A stretch of 64,000 nt of DNA from Lama guanicoe (taxonomy: Eukaryota), in contig MU053557.1 in the NCBI GenBank assembly GCA_013239625.1, forward strand, positions 4,990,123 through 5,054,122, given 5' to 3'. Shown here piece after piece: positions 63,057-64,000 of the stretch. The notes under the pieces are model-generated. The model had not been told where the DNA came from and made no database searches. It was given only the letters and a program-made list of their open reading frames with translations. Each line of letters begins with the position of its first letter. Positions within the stretch are counted from its first letter, which is position 1. Both the position numbers and the translations under genes were made by a program.

Positions 63057-64000
63057 TTTTGTTTTTTTTTTTTTTTGAACTTTAAAGATCAGATTTATTT
63101 GGAGAAAGCAAAAAAAAACCCCACAACCCAGAGGATGGGATTTAACATCTCAAGACATCTCCCATGTATTAAGTCTGCAGATTACAAATCATTTTCATAG
63201 AAGATATTTTTGTACAAATTTTACATGTATTGAGGAGCCTCCTACATAGTCCTGGTAACTTTCTTAAAGATGTGTGGTCTCTCTTTATAAACCATAAGCT
63301 CCGACATGGTAGAGGCTTTTCTTTTCTTTTCTTTTCTTTTCTTTTCTTTTCTTTTCTTTTCTTTTTTATATAAAGATTTTTTATTGAGTTATAGTCATTT
63401 ACAATGTTGTGTCAAATTCCAGTGTAAAGCACAATTTTTCAGTTATACATGAACATACATATATTCATTGTCACATTCTCTTTCGTTGTGAGCCACCACA
63501 AGATCCTGTATGTATTTCCCTGTGCTACACAGTACAATCTTGTTTATCTGTGACGGAGGCTTTTTTGAAGTTAAGTGTGGATGACTTCTGCTTCTCCTCA
63601 GTGGGCAAACTGAGGAGACTCCCTAAAACTTAACAATTATAGCTCCATTTTTTAAAAAATCAGTAATTTAAAAGTAAACCACAGATTTATAATTATTGCC
63701 TGACAACAAAGATTATACTTTGAAATGTAATAAACTGCTTGTGAACATTTGCAGCAAAAATCAACTTATACATAATACATTTTTATGTCCCCAAATTAAT
63801 ACAATGATTTCTGACCTAAAAAGGGATCACATGATTAAATTTTCTCTTATATTTTCATCCACCTCACCCCATCTCTTCCAAATGCAGCAGGATCTTTCCC
63901 CCATGGTGTCAATTTAGGAGGAAATTTTGATTTCTACTCCAGAAGGTCCCACCCCGATCTTCCTCTGGGGTTTGCTTCCCATGACCACATGCGCATAGGC
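63057..64000 (-). pseudogene. 3' end of a processed pseudogene (mRNA 3' UTR retrocopy), continuing past the window edge
   Basis: Poly(T) 63057-63076; minus-strand AATAAA at 63094-63099, 17 nt from the tail; non-repeat, AU-rich UTR-like sequence. Confidence 0.7.
63321..63555 (-). mobile_element. Short young L1 3' end with (CTTTT)n tail, inserted in the retrocopy
   Basis: Same subfamily sequence as 5290-5460 (TTACAATGTTGTGTCAAATTCCAGTGTA); TSD GAGGCTTTT at 63312-63320 and 63556-63564. Confidence 0.88.

Noticed and set aside
1..64000. CRISPR arrays, operons, rRNA or other prokaryotic/viral systems
   Set aside because: Sequence is clearly mammalian intron and intergenic DNA; no repeat-spacer arrays or long intact non-host ORFs were seen

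Overview
Mammalian genomic DNA, probably camelid (four copies of a vic-1-like tRNA-derived SINE). Bases ~1-28100 hold 11 + strand coding exons of ARHGEF37 (DH-BAR-SH3-SH3 Rho GEF). All have GT-AG boundaries and consistent phases, and they join into 1842 nt (613 codons plus TAG at 28105-28107); the first coding exon lies upstream of the window. The rest is 3' UTR and intergenic DNA dense in L1, L2, MIR, ERVL-MaLR/ERV LTRs and hAT MER elements. Notable items: an old U6 snRNA/L1 chimera splitting an intronic L2; an orphan CpG-rich promoter at ~35.8-36.4 kb (ETS, NF-Y, GC boxes, YY1, splice donors) with an antisense 50-aa MAA-start smORF; a near-perfect CTCF site at 32.4 kb; an L1 with an apparent 15-nt 3' transduction; an ERV solo LTR with a repeated U3 motif; and a processed-pseudogene 3' end running off the right edge. 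Repeat family names come from recalled consensus sequences, not a search. No prokaryotic-type features are present, and no clearly new biological system can be proven from sequence alone.
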